NCBI GenBank assembly: GCA_963931185.1
Contig: OZ006981.1
Coordinates: 929,626 to 993,625, forward strand
Direction: 5' to 3'
Origin: an uncultured Bacilli bacterium
Lineage (GTDB): Bacteria; Bacillota_I; Bacilli_A; RF39; UBA660
DNA length: 64,000 bases
Notes under the pieces: model-generated
Seen by the model: the letters and a program-made list of their open reading frames with translations, nothing else
Told to the model about the DNA's origin: nothing
Databases searched by the model: none
Shown here: one piece after another, positions 9,941 through 20,297 of the stretch
How positions within the stretch are numbered: the first letter of the stretch is position 1
Layout: every line of letters starts with the position of its first letter
Translations under genes and position numbers: made by a program

Positions 9941-12900
9941 ATGTATAAAATTATGGATGGGAATGAAGCTTGTAGTTATGTATCCTACAATTTTTCGGAA
10001 CTTGCTGGAATATATCCAATAACACCAGCCTCACCAATGGCAGAATATATAGATAAATGGGCAAATGAAAAAAAAGAAAACTTTTTTGGCTATCCCGTAA
10101 AAGTGGTTCAAATGGAAAGTGAAGCTGGAGCAATTGGAACAGTTCATGGAGCATTACAAAATGGAATACTTGCAACTACTTATACTGCTTCTCAAGGATT
10201 ATTATTAATGATTCCCAATATGTATAAAATAGCAGGGGAAATGCTTCCTTGTGTAATAAATGTAGCAGCAAGAAGTATTGCTACTCATGCACTATCAATA
10301 CTAGGTGATCATCAAGATATCTATGCAACAAGACAAACTGGCTTTGCTATGCTTGCATTATCGTCTGTTCAGCAGGTAATGGATTTAACTAGTGTATCAT
10401 ATTTATCAGCTTTAAAAGGAAGAATTCCTTTTTTAAACTTTTTTGATGGATTTAGAACAAGCCATGAACTTCAAAAAATTGAACTAATAGATATAAATAA
10501 AGTAAAACAACTAATAGATAAAAAATCATTAATAGATTTTAGAAAAAGAGCCATTAGTATAAACAATGTAACAAGGGGAACTAATGAAAATGATGACATA
10601 TATTTTCAAATAACTGAAGCAAGAAATAAATATTATAATGCACTACCTGATATAGTAGATAATTATATGCAAAAAATAAATGAAATAACTGGCAATGATT
10701 ATAAGCCATTTAATTATTATGGGGATAAATCAGCTACTAAAGTTATTGTTGCAATGGGATCAGTTTGCGAAACCATAAAAGAAACTATAGATATACTAAA
10801 TAAAAATAATAAAAAAGTAGGACTTATTGAAGTCCATTTATATAGACCTTTTAGTAGTAAATATTTTTTCAATGTACTCCCTAAAAGCGTTAAAAGTATC
10901 GCAGTATTAGATAGAACTAAAGAGCCAGGATCAAAAGAACCTTTATATTTAGATGTATCGGATGTTATTAAAGAAAGCAATAGGAAAATTAAAGTAATTG
11001 GTGGACGCTATGGACTATCAAGTAAAAATACAACGCCAGATCATATAAATAGTGTTTTTGAATTTTTAGATTCGAAAGATAACTTTAATGGGTTTACAAT
11101 TGGTATTGATGATGATGTAACAAATTTGAGTTTAAAACCAGTAAAATTAGATTATAAAAATCCAAATTATGAGATATTAATATATGGTTTTGGTTCTGAT
11201 GGTATGGTAAGTGTATCAAAAGATATTTTAAAAATAGTTGGCAATAATACAAAAGCTTTTACTCAAGGATATTTTGAATATGATTCTAAAAAGTCTGGAG
11301 GAGTAACAAAATGCCATATTAGATTAGGTAATAATAAAATAAGATCAACTTATTATGTTGAAAATCCAACGATAATAGTATGTACCAAAGATACTTATTT
11401 AAAGAAATTTAATATGTTAGATAACATAGTAGAAAATGGAATTTTTATTTTAAACACTTCTAAGACAAAAGAACAAATATTAGAATACATGGATAATAAT
11501 GAAAAAGAAATATTGAAAAAAAGACATATAAGATTTTATATAATTAATGCTAATAAAATAGCGATAGAAGAAGGTTTAAATAATAAAATAAATACTATAA
11601 TGGCTACTATAATATTTAAAATTGGTAAACTTATAGATTTTAATTTTGCAATCAATGAAATAAAAAAATCTTTAGAGACATTACTTACTAATAAAGGTAA
11701 AGAAATTATTGAAAAAAATATAAAAGCAATAGATCGAGCATTAGAAACATTAGAAAATGTTGAAATAGAAAATATAATAATTAAGAATGAGAGAATAATT
11801 AAGAATAATAAAAGTGTTTTTGAATTAATCAATGAAAGAAAAGGTAATTCTATACCAATAAGTAAACTAGAACAATATGTTGATGGAACTTTTGAAGGAG
11901 GATATTCAAAAAAGGAAAAGAAAGATATTACAGAATTTCTTCCTTGCTATAACAAAGAAAATTGCATAATGTGTAATCAATGTTCTTTAGTATGTCCACA
12001 TGGAGTTATAAGGCCTTTTTTAGTGGATGACAAAGAAGAAAAAAAAGCTCCTGAATCATTGAAAAAAGATTTAAAAGATTCATTAATTAAAGATAAAAAT
12101 TTAAAATTTGTTATTGGTGTAAACATGGATAATTGTACAGGGTGCGGTTTATGTAGTAATGTGTGCCCTGGAAAAAATAACAAAAAAGCGTTAATAATGA
12201 AACCTACAATGGAAGTAAAAAGTGAAGAGAATATTGAAAAAAACAATTATCTTTTTGAAAAAGTAAAAGAGAAGAAAGTAATGAGCTTAAATACCATAAA
12301 GGGAAGTCAATTTGCTTATCCAAAGTTTGAATTTTCTGGCGCATGTGCTGGATGTGGGGAAACTCCATATTTAAAATTGTTAACTCAATTATTCGGTAGT
12401 GAATTAGTTATTGCTAACGCAACTGGATGTTCATCTATTTATGGCGGAAGTATACCTAGTACTTCATATAGTGTTCCATGGGCTAATTCTCTATTCGAAG
12501 ACAATGCAGAATTTGGCTTTGGAATGGCTCTTGCTGATAAAGTTCATAAAGAGAGAATAAAAAATGCAATATATAATAATTTAAAGAAAATACCAAATGA
12601 ATACAAAGAAATATTTGCTTCATATTATAAAAAATGTGATTATGAATCAAGTTGTTTACTATATGAAGTAATAGAAAAATCCAAGATAAAAGAATTAATT
12701 GAATTGAAACCATTTATAAAAACAAAATCTTTTTGGATAGTTGGTGGAGATGGCTGGGCTTACGATATTGGATATAATGGTTTAGATCATGTATTATCGA
12801 CAAAAGAAAATGTTAACATTTTAGTATTAGATACTGAAGTATATTCTAATACAGGTGGACAGTCATCAAAATCAAGTAAAATCGGTAGTGTTGCAAAATT

Positions 12901-13369
12901 TGCTTCTACTGGCAAAACTGTAGCTAAAAAAGATCTTGCTAAAATTGCTTTATCATATCCCCATGTTTATGTTGCAACAGTATCATTAGGGGCAAATATG
13001 ATGCAAACAATCAAAGCATTTACGGAAGCTAAAAATTATAATGGACCTTCTCTAATAATTGCTTATTCACCTTGTATTGCTCAAGGAATAAAACTTGGAA
13101 TGACTAATAGTATTCAAGAAGAAAAGAAAGCTACAGATTCAGGATATTTCCCAATATTTAGATATAATCCAGAAACAAAAGAATTTTCTTTAGATAGTAA
13201 AGCTGATTTTTCTAAATATAGTGAGTTTTTAGATGGAGAAACAAGATATTCTACTTTAGCAAAAGTAAATCCTGATAAAAAAGATGATTTCTATGAGCAA
13301 AATCAAAAAAATGCTGAAGAAAGATACAAATATTATGAAAGTTTAAGTAAGAAAAATAATAATAATTAA
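9941..13369 (+). CDS. nifJ: Pyruvate:ferredoxin (flavodoxin) oxidoreductase
   Basis: 1142 aa single-chain PFOR. MDGNEA...YPITPASPM, two 4Fe-4S ferredoxin motifs (CIMCNQCSLVCPHG and CTGCGLCSNVCPG), TPP-binding GGDGWAYDIG. Confidence 0.95.
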   Translation: MYKIMDGNEACSYVSYNFSELAGIYPITPASPMAEYIDKWANEKKENFFGYPVKVVQMESEAGAIGTVHGALQNGILATTYTASQGLLLMIPNMYKIAGEMLPCVINVAARSIATHALSILGDHQDIYATRQTGFAMLALSSVQQVMDLTSVSYLSALKGRIPFLNFFDGFRTSHELQKIELIDINKVKQLIDKKSLIDFRKRAISINNVTRGTNENDDIYFQITEARNKYYNALPDIVDNYMQKINEITGNDYKPFNYYGDKSATKVIVAMGSVCETIKETIDILNKNNKKVGLIEVHLYRPFSSKYFFNVLPKSVKSIAVLDRTKEPGSKEPLYLDVSDVIKESNRKIKVIGGRYGLSSKNTTPDHINSVFEFLDSKDNFNGFTIGIDDDVTNLSLKPVKLDYKNPNYEILIYGFGSDGMVSVSKDILKIVGNNTKAFTQGYFEYDSKKSGGVTKCHIRLGNNKIRSTYYVENPTIIVCTKDTYLKKFNMLDNIVENGIFILNTSKTKEQILEYMDNNEKEILKKRHIRFYIINANKIAIEEGLNNKINTIMATIIFKIGKLIDFNFAINEIKKSLETLLTNKGKEIIEKNIKAIDRALETLENVEIENIIIKNERIIKNNKSVFELINERKGNSIPISKLEQYVDGTFEGGYSKKEKKDITEFLPCYNKENCIMCNQCSLVCPHGVIRPFLVDDKEEKKAPESLKKDLKDSLIKDKNLKFVIGVNMDNCTGCGLCSNVCPGKNNKKALIMKPTMEVKSEENIEKNNYLFEKVKEKKVMSLNTIKGSQFAYPKFEFSGACAGCGETPYLKLLTQLFGSELVIANATGCSSIYGGSIPSTSYSVPWANSLFEDNAEFGFGMALADKVHKERIKNAIYNNLKKIPNEYKEIFASYYKKCDYESSCLLYEVIEKSKIKELIELKPFIKTKSFWIVGGDGWAYDIGYNGLDHVLSTKENVNILVLDTEVYSNTGGQSSKSSKIGSVAKFASTGKTVAKKDLAKIALSYPHVYVATVSLGANMMQTIKAFTEAKNYNGPSLIIAYSPCIAQGIKLGMTNSIQEEKKATDSGYFPIFRYNPETKEFSLDSKADFSKYSEFLDGETRYSTLAKVNPDKKDDFYEQNQKNAEERYKYYESLSKKNNNN

Positions 13370-13380
13370 AGATTAAAATA

Positions 13381-13426
13381 AAAAGCACATTATTATTAAA
13401 AGTAAAATAATAATGTGCTTTTTTTC
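13381..13426 (+). terminator. Rho-independent terminator of PFOR gene
   Basis: AAAGCACATTATTATT ... AATAATAATGTGCTTT long hairpin followed by TTTTT. Confidence 0.8.
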
Positions 13427-13530
13427 AAAAAAAAGAAGTACCTCCCCCTGAAGAAGGTACTCCACAAAAGAATAAAAAGGGGTTGGCTAGTGTGATACTA
13501 GCGACCAATTCGCCATTTTCCGAATTGGTG
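13427..13530 (-). ncRNA. Candidate ~100-nt small RNA (unclassified), convergent with PFOR
   Basis: Minus-strand promoter TTGACA (complement 13560-13565), 17 bp spacer, TATTAT (complement 13537-13542). Two internal hairpins (CCAATTCG..CGAATTGG, GCTAGT..ACTAGC) and a C-rich stretch CAACCCCUUUUU. Terminator hairpin (13438-13460) has CUUCAGGGGG in the loop region, followed by U8. No ORF. Confidence 0.4.
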
Positions 13531-13662
13531 ATTTCTATAATAATCGAAAGAAAAAGATTTGTCAAGAAGAATATAATTAAATTTATATTATTTTAAAGTT
13601 AACTTGTTTTTGCTTTTTAATTTTTAACTTTTATGATATAATACACAAGAGGAAGTGGTAGT

Positions 13663-15657
13663 ATGGATAAGTTATCTAAAGTAAAAGGAATTGGCCCTAA
13701 AACAGAGCCTTTATTAAATAAAATAGGTATATTTACAATAGATGATTTAGTTACACATTATCCTTTTCGATATGATGTTTTAAAAAGAACAGATTTAAAA
13801 ACAGTTACAGATTTAGAGCAAAAAATAGTAATAGACGGAAAAGTAGAAAGTATTCCATTAGTAATTAGATTTAGAGGAGGAACCAATAAATTAAACTTTC
13901 GATTATCAACTATTAATGGTATTGTTGGTGTATCAATTTTTGGAAGAGCATTTTTAAAACAAAGTTTACCAATAGGAGAAAAAGTAATTGTTATTGGGAA
14001 ATATGATCCAAATAAAAATATTGTAAATGCTTCAGATATAAAGTTTGGTAATTTAACAAATCAAGAGAGAATTGAATCTGTATATCATACTACAAGTGGT
14101 CTTACTCAAAAAGTTATTTCTAGTGCTATAAATAATGCTTTAGTTAGTTATGGAAATGAAATTGTAGATAGTATACCTAAACATTTAATTGAAAAATATA
14201 ATTTTTTAAATAAAAAGACAGCTTTAAATATTGTTCATAATCCACCTAGTTATGATAAGCTTAAAGAAGCTAGTATGAGGCTTAAATATGAAGAATTATT
14301 TGAATTTATGTTTAAAATAAATTATTTACGTGCAGAAAATAATAAAGATAATGTTGGTATTAAAAGACATACAGAAAAGAAAATAGATACATTTATAAAA
14401 AAATTACCTTTTGAGTTAACAGAAGATCAATTAAAAGCTTTAGAAGAAATTATAAGTGATTTAAATAGTGAAAGAAGAATGAATCGTCTTTTACAAGGTG
14501 ATGTTGGTAGTGGAAAAACAATCGTTGCTATTTTAGCAATGTATTATAATTATCTTTGTGGTTATCAAAGTGCTTTGATGGCACCAACGGAAATATTAGC
14601 AACTCAGCATTATAATAATATTAAACAGTTACTTGAAAAAGAAAAAATAAATATTGAATTATTAACTGGGTCAATTACAAAGAAAGAAAAGCAAAGTATA
14701 TATAATGAATTAAAAGAAGGAAAAGTAAATATAATTATTGGAACACATGCACTTATTCAAGAAGATGTAGAATATAATAATTTAGGACTAGTAGTAACTG
14801 ATGAACAGCATAGATTTGGAGTTAATCAACGCTCTAATTTGAAAAATAAAGGTATAAAACCAGATGTTTTATATATGAGTGCAACACCAATTCCTAGAAC
14901 TTATGCTTTAACCATTTATGGTGATATGGATGTATCGATAATAAAACAAATGCCTAAAGGAAGAATACCAGTTAAGACTAAAGTATTTACTACTAAAGAA
15001 ATGAATGATGTTTACAATTTAATGAAAGAAGAATTAAAAGAAAGTCATCAAGTATATGTTATAGCGCCTTTAATAGAAGAAAATGATGATTTGGATTTAA
15101 CTAATATATATACTTTACGTGATAAAATAAATTTGATTTTTGGTAATAAGTATAAAATTGACATTGTACATGGTAAAATGAAAGCTAAAGAAAAAGAATT
15201 AATAATGGAAGAATTTAAACAAAATATTGTAAATATTTTGATAAGTACGACAGTAATAGAAGTAGGAGTAGATGTTCCTAATGCTACTATGATGGTTATT
15301 TTTGATGCTAATAGGTTTGGACTTTCTACTTTACATCAATTAAGAGGAAGAGTGGGAAGAAATTCTTTAGAATCTAAATGTTTATTAATAAGTGATTCTG
15401 ATACTAAAAGATTAGAAATAATGGAAAATACAACTGATGGTTTTGTTATTAGCGAAGAAGATTTTAAATTACGAGGATCAGGTGATTTATTTGGAACAAA
15501 ACAAAGTGGGGATATGACTTTTAAAATGGCTAATTTGAAAAATGATTATAAGATATTAGTACAAGCAAAAATGGATTCTGATGACTACTTAAAAAATGAA
15601 TGTTATGATAAAGAAGAATTAAAAAAGAGACTTATTGCTACAATAAAAATAGATTAA
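13663..15657 (+). CDS. recG: ATP-dependent DNA helicase RecG
   Basis: 664 aa. Wedge/OB N-terminus, Walker A GDVGSGKT, DEQHRFG box, TPIPRT, QLRGRVGR, TRG-type C-terminus. Confidence 0.95.
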   Translation: MDKLSKVKGIGPKTEPLLNKIGIFTIDDLVTHYPFRYDVLKRTDLKTVTDLEQKIVIDGKVESIPLVIRFRGGTNKLNFRLSTINGIVGVSIFGRAFLKQSLPIGEKVIVIGKYDPNKNIVNASDIKFGNLTNQERIESVYHTTSGLTQKVISSAINNALVSYGNEIVDSIPKHLIEKYNFLNKKTALNIVHNPPSYDKLKEASMRLKYEELFEFMFKINYLRAENNKDNVGIKRHTEKKIDTFIKKLPFELTEDQLKALEEIISDLNSERRMNRLLQGDVGSGKTIVAILAMYYNYLCGYQSALMAPTEILATQHYNNIKQLLEKEKINIELLTGSITKKEKQSIYNELKEGKVNIIIGTHALIQEDVEYNNLGLVVTDEQHRFGVNQRSNLKNKGIKPDVLYMSATPIPRTYALTIYGDMDVSIIKQMPKGRIPVKTKVFTTKEMNDVYNLMKEELKESHQVYVIAPLIEENDDLDLTNIYTLRDKINLIFGNKYKIDIVHGKMKAKEKELIMEEFKQNIVNILISTTVIEVGVDVPNATMMVIFDANRFGLSTLHQLRGRVGRNSLESKCLLISDSDTKRLEIMENTTDGFVISEEDFKLRGSGDLFGTKQSGDMTFKMANLKNDYKILVQAKMDSDDYLKNECYDKEELKKRLIATIKID

Positions 15658-15716
15658 TTTAAAAAATAAAAATAAATTCAATTGACAATTTTTAAATAAC
15701 ATATTATGATTAATAT

Positions 15717-15822
15717 GCATGATGGTAAAACATTATGCACACTCTTACCGTCATATAATGTAAGAGTGTATTCAACCAAACCCCCTGAAGGGCATCGTCG
15801 AGAGACGGTGTCCACTTTTTTT
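15717..15822 (+). ncRNA. Candidate ~105-nt small RNA (unclassified) with C-rich single-stranded motif
   Basis: Promoter TTGACA (15682-15687), 17 bp spacer, TATGAT (15705-15710). Perfect 10-bp hairpin ACACTCTTAC..GTAAGAGTGT, then CCAAACCCCCTGAAG (motif 15781-15790). Terminator hairpin GGGCATCGT..ACGGTGTCC (15790-15813) plus T7. No ORF. Confidence 0.45.
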
Positions 15823-16010
15823 ATGCGTGTTTGAGTTATAACACACAAAAGTACACAACTTTTATAAATGAATAAGTTTGAGGTTATATCAATTTAATTA
15901 GTCAGTTATAAAAACTCAAATATGTTAAACACATATTCTTTTAATTGTAATCTCAATCACGTTATAATTCTAACAAACAGTAAATGTTTGTCAAATTTTC
16001 TTTTTTTAAA

Positions 16011-16189
16011 TTATCTTGAAATAGTAGAACGATGAAATCCTAAGTAATTAGCAATATAAGAATTATTAAATAATTTTTGGCCATTCTTATTTTTTTGACT
16101 AAATAAAGCTTGAATTTTAAAATGGTCAGATTCTTTTAAATGATAATAATGATTTTTTTTCTTTTTAATGTATTATTTGATTTAGACAT
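16011..16189 (-). pseudogene. Remnant of an IS30-type transposase N-terminal HTH (frameshifted, truncated)
   Basis: Minus-strand translation gives ...KKKKNHYYHLKESDHFKIQALFSQKNKNGQKLFNNSYIANYLGFHRSTISR*. The only upstream ATG (MSKSNNTLKRKK) is out of frame across an A8 run. No catalytic domain follows. Confidence 0.4.
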
Positions 16190-16370
16190 ATGAATTTTCA
16201 TTTCTTTTTTAGCGAAGAGTTATTATAGATTATTCATATGTCTTTTTCAATGCATATTTGTTGCACTTCAAATTTAAATTAACATGTTTACAGATTTTTG
16301 ACAAAAATAGGGTTTTATGTTATTATAAACACTATTAAAAGGCAATTATTTGCTATTTGGAGAGGGTTAT

Positions 16371-18161
16371 ATGGAAAGTAAATTTTGGAGAAAAAGTCCT
16401 ATTAAGAAATTTAATACAGAGCAAACGATGTATTCATTAGTTACAGATGAAGCAAAAAATGATTTAGACCTAGATGCAACAGGCTTTATGGGAAACTCTA
16501 TGACATATAAAGAATTATTTGAGTCTGCTGAAGATCTAGCTAAATCTTTTAATGCTATGGGTGTTAAAGAAGGGGATAATGTTGCGATTTTAACTATAAG
16601 TATGCCTTTAGTTCAACAATGTTTACTATCATTAAGCAAAATTGGAGCAACAATGTCTTGGATTGATTTAAGAGTAAAAGAAAAAGACTTAATTAATTAT
16701 ATTAATAATGGTAACTGTAAAGCTGTTGTTGTATTTGAAGATCTATTGCCTTTAATTGAAAAAATATCTGGTTATATTAATGCTGAAAGAGTTATTGTAT
16801 GCTCTCCAAAGGAATATCTTAAACCAGCAATAAAAGTTCTTGCTAGTTTAAAAGATAAAAAAGAAGGTAAAAAAATAGTTATGCCTTCGGATGATAGATT
16901 TGTTAAGTTCTCTGATTTTATTAAAGAGGGAAAACATACTGGTAGTGTAAGTACTGCTGATTTTAAAATAGATAGGCCATCACTTATTGTTCAATCAAGT
17001 GGTAGTACAGGAAAACCAAAACAAATAGTTCATACAGAAAGAAACTTTAATTCAGAAGTTCAAAAAATGGCTTATGTTGATCTACCTTTCTATAAAGGTG
17101 ATACAATGCATGTTTCAGTACCACCATTTATAATATATGGACTTGCTAATTCAATCTATGCTAGTATGGCATTTACAATGAAAGCCGAAATGACTCCGTT
17201 TGTAGATGAAAATACTGTTTATAATGATTTGGGTAAATTTGATATGTCTTTAGCTGCGCCATTACATTATAGATATATATTCGAACAATTAAATAATTTA
17301 AGAAAAGATATTGATCAATTACAAAAGAATAGTGATTTAAAATCTAAAAGTGAATTAAGAAAAAAATTAAAAGAATTAAATAGAGTATTAAATGGATTTA
17401 ATAGAGCAAAAGTATTCGTTTCTGGCGGAGATAAAATAAGTGCTGAAGAATTAATAGAAATGCAACAAGCGTTTGATACAACTATAGTTAATGGTTATGG
17501 AAACAATGAATGTTTAGGTGCAACAATTGTTTCTCCAAGATTTGCAAATAAACCTGGTAGCATTGGTGTTCCAATGCATGGAGTTGATATTAAGTTTGTT
17601 AATCCAGATACAGGGGAAGAAGCAAAAGCTGGTGAATTAGGTGAATTGTATGTTTCATCTGATAACTTATTTGTAGAATACTTAAATAATCCAGAAGAGA
17701 CTTCAAAGATTAAAGTTACCGATGAAAATGGCAAGCAATGGGTTAAAACAGGTGATTTATGTATAATGGACAGTGAAGGTTATATTATTCCAAAAGGTAG
17801 AAATAGAAGATTAATTAGAAAAGATGCCTTTAAAATAGCACCTGATACTATAGAAGAAGTAATAATATCTTTACCTTATGTTAAAGATTGTGTAGTTGTA
17901 GGTGTTGATGATGAAAAATTCATAAGTGTTCCTATGGCATTTATTGAATTAGAAAAAAATATAAATATAAATGATGTTTATGCTGATATTGAAAATAAAT
18001 GTGCTGAAGAATTACCAGATTATGAAGTACCATCATATTTCGAACAAATAGAAGAAATGCCTTATACTTCAAATGGAAAGCACGATTTTAGAAGACTTGA
18101 AGAATTAGGAAATAATTTTGTTAAGGAAAGAAAAGGAATAACTAAAGTTTTAAAAAAATAA
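16371..18161 (+). CDS. AMP-dependent synthetase/ligase (acyl-CoA synthetase family)
   Basis: AMP-binding motifs IVQSSGSTGKPKQIVHT, GYGNNE, TGDL and a C-terminal GK. ATG 16371 follows GGAGAGGG. Confidence 0.85.
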   Translation: MESKFWRKSPIKKFNTEQTMYSLVTDEAKNDLDLDATGFMGNSMTYKELFESAEDLAKSFNAMGVKEGDNVAILTISMPLVQQCLLSLSKIGATMSWIDLRVKEKDLINYINNGNCKAVVVFEDLLPLIEKISGYINAERVIVCSPKEYLKPAIKVLASLKDKKEGKKIVMPSDDRFVKFSDFIKEGKHTGSVSTADFKIDRPSLIVQSSGSTGKPKQIVHTERNFNSEVQKMAYVDLPFYKGDTMHVSVPPFIIYGLANSIYASMAFTMKAEMTPFVDENTVYNDLGKFDMSLAAPLHYRYIFEQLNNLRKDIDQLQKNSDLKSKSELRKKLKELNRVLNGFNRAKVFVSGGDKISAEELIEMQQAFDTTIVNGYGNNECLGATIVSPRFANKPGSIGVPMHGVDIKFVNPDTGEEAKAGELGELYVSSDNLFVEYLNNPEETSKIKVTDENGKQWVKTGDLCIMDSEGYIIPKGRNRRLIRKDAFKIAPDTIEEVIISLPYVKDCVVVGVDDEKFISVPMAFIELEKNININDVYADIENKCAEELPDYEVPSYFEQIEEMPYTSNGKHDFRRLEELGNNFVKERKGITKVLKK

Positions 18162-18233
18162 TAAATTGAAAACTGTAATGCTAAATTATAGTTTTTTTGT
18201 GCTATAATCATATATAATAGGATGTGATGTTAG

Positions 18234-20150
18234 ATGAGCGGAACAATATTTTTAACAGTGTCGGCATTAATTTATACTATTGCAACTACAATTCTTTTCT
18301 TTAGGAAAGATACAATAAACAAATTAGAAAATAGAATATTTAAAAAATTACTATTGGCTTCTATTACTTCTATGCTTGTTGAATTACTAATAATTATAAC
18401 TGTAAATTATGGAATTATAGGAACTATAGTTCAAAAAACATTTTTGGTATGTTTAGTATTATGGCTTTCAATTTTTATGCTCTATACATTTGCTATTACT
18501 GTATTTGATGATAAAGAATCAGAAGAAAAAAACATAGAAAAATTTAAAGTACCGTATATTTTATTCGTTATTGCAAATTTAATTATTTATGGATTTATAT
18601 ATGCATTACCTATAGAATTTGTTTCAATTTCCGATAATGTTAAATATACAAGTGGCCCTTCTGTTAATGTTGTATATGTTGTTTTAGGAGTATATGTAAC
18701 ATTTATGGCTATTCTAGTTTTAAAGAATATTAAAAATATGCATAAGAAAGGTTATATTCCTATAATTGGTTTTATAATATTAATGGTTACTTCTGGTATA
18801 ATTCAAAAAACACATCCAGAAATGCTATTAACAAATGCCGTCTTTGGCTTTATAATTTATTTAATGTATCATACAATTGAAAATCCTGATTTAAAAATGT
18901 TAAGACAGATGGAACTAGCTAAGGGTCAAGCTGAACGAGCAAATCGTGCAAAATCAGATTTTTTATCAAGTATGTCTCATGAAATTAGAACGCCACTTAA
19001 TGCTATCGTTGGCTTTAGCGAAGATATTCAAAGTCGTAAAAGTACAGCTGATTCTGAAATAGTAGAAGATGCAGATTATATCATGGAAGCATCTAAAACA
19101 TTACTTGAAATTGTAGGAAATATTCTTGATATAAATAAAATTGAAAGTAATAAGATGGAAATAACTGAAGTAAAATACAATTACAAAGAAACAATTGAAC
19201 AACTTTCCAAAATAGACGCAATTAGAATTGGAGAAAAAAATATTAATTTTAAGATTAATTTAGCACCAGATATTCCTTATGAATTAGTTGGCGATAAAAC
19301 TCATATAAAGGAGATAGTTAATAACCTACTTACTAATGCAATTAAATATACTGATAAAGGAGAAATTGAATTAAGTACAAGATGCATAAATAAAGGTAAT
19401 GTTTGTAATTTAATTATTAGTGTAAGAGATACTGGTAGAGGAATAAAAGCAGAAAATATTAATAAATTATTTACTAAATTTGAAAGATTAGATGCTGAAA
19501 AGAATTCTACTACAGAAGGGACTGGTTTAGGATTAGCAATAACTAAAGCACTTGTTGATATGATGGGTGGAAAAATTAATGTTCAATCTCAATTTGGAAA
19601 AGGCAGTTTATTTGTAGTTCAAATACCACAAAAAATTAGTCAAATGACTAATCCTAATCAAATAGTAGAAACACCTATTAAAGATCAAATAAAGGTTGGA
19701 CAACAACTAGTTCAAGAAATGTCTAAAGTAGAAAATATTGCAACTAAGTTTAGTGGAAAAAAAATACTAATAGTAGATGATAATAAATTAAATATTAAGG
19801 TCGCTCGTAGAGCATTAGATGGATTCAATTTTGAAATTGATGAATGCTATGATGGGCAAGAATGTTTAAATAAAGTTGTTAAAGGAAATGAATATGATTT
19901 AATTTTAATGGACATTATGATGCCTAATATGAGTGGAGAAACTGCTATAGCAAAATTAAAAGAAAAACCTAACTTTAATATTCCTATAATCGCTTTAACT
20001 GCTGATGCAGTTGTAGGTGCTAGAGAAAAATATTTAAGTGAAGGGTTTGTTGATTATATTGTTAAACCATTTAACAAACAACAAATAAAAGAAAAAATAG
20101 ACATTATATTTGGAAGTAGTAATTCAGCACAAGAAAATAAAATGGAATAA
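18234..20150 (+). CDS. Hybrid sensor histidine kinase/response regulator
   Basis: About 6 N-terminal TM helices. HisKA H-box SHEIRTPLNAI. HATPase_c N/G boxes (NAIKYT, DTGRGI, GTGLGLAI). C-terminal receiver KILIVDDNKLN...DLILMDIMMPNMSG. Confidence 0.9.
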   Translation: MSGTIFLTVSALIYTIATTILFFRKDTINKLENRIFKKLLLASITSMLVELLIIITVNYGIIGTIVQKTFLVCLVLWLSIFMLYTFAITVFDDKESEEKNIEKFKVPYILFVIANLIIYGFIYALPIEFVSISDNVKYTSGPSVNVVYVVLGVYVTFMAILVLKNIKNMHKKGYIPIIGFIILMVTSGIIQKTHPEMLLTNAVFGFIIYLMYHTIENPDLKMLRQMELAKGQAERANRAKSDFLSSMSHEIRTPLNAIVGFSEDIQSRKSTADSEIVEDADYIMEASKTLLEIVGNILDINKIESNKMEITEVKYNYKETIEQLSKIDAIRIGEKNINFKINLAPDIPYELVGDKTHIKEIVNNLLTNAIKYTDKGEIELSTRCINKGNVCNLIISVRDTGRGIKAENINKLFTKFERLDAEKNSTTEGTGLGLAITKALVDMMGGKINVQSQFGKGSLFVVQIPQKISQMTNPNQIVETPIKDQIKVGQQLVQEMSKVENIATKFSGKKILIVDDNKLNIKVARRALDGFNFEIDECYDGQECLNKVVKGNEYDLILMDIMMPNMSGETAIAKLKEKPNFNIPIIALTADAVVGAREKYLSEGFVDYIVKPFNKQQIKEKIDIIFGSSNSAQENKME

Positions 20151-20297
20151 TATGAAGTTGTAAAAGCATTTTCTGATATGTTTAACCCAGTAAGTTAAAT
20201 TGATGTTACGAATGCAGTGCCTGATATAATCCATCAGTAGATAAATTTAAAGATATTGAAGTATATGTTTTTTTTGTGGATAGGTTTATTAAATACT

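Noticed and set aside
13427-15822. Assigning the two candidate RNAs to SRP RNA, tmRNA, RNase P, 6S, T-box or a known riboswitch
   Set aside because: I could not find the diagnostic conserved sequences: the SRP domain IV GNRA/AGCA motif, the tRNA-like 3' end, GAGGAAAGUCC, or the T-box sequence. No family name is given.
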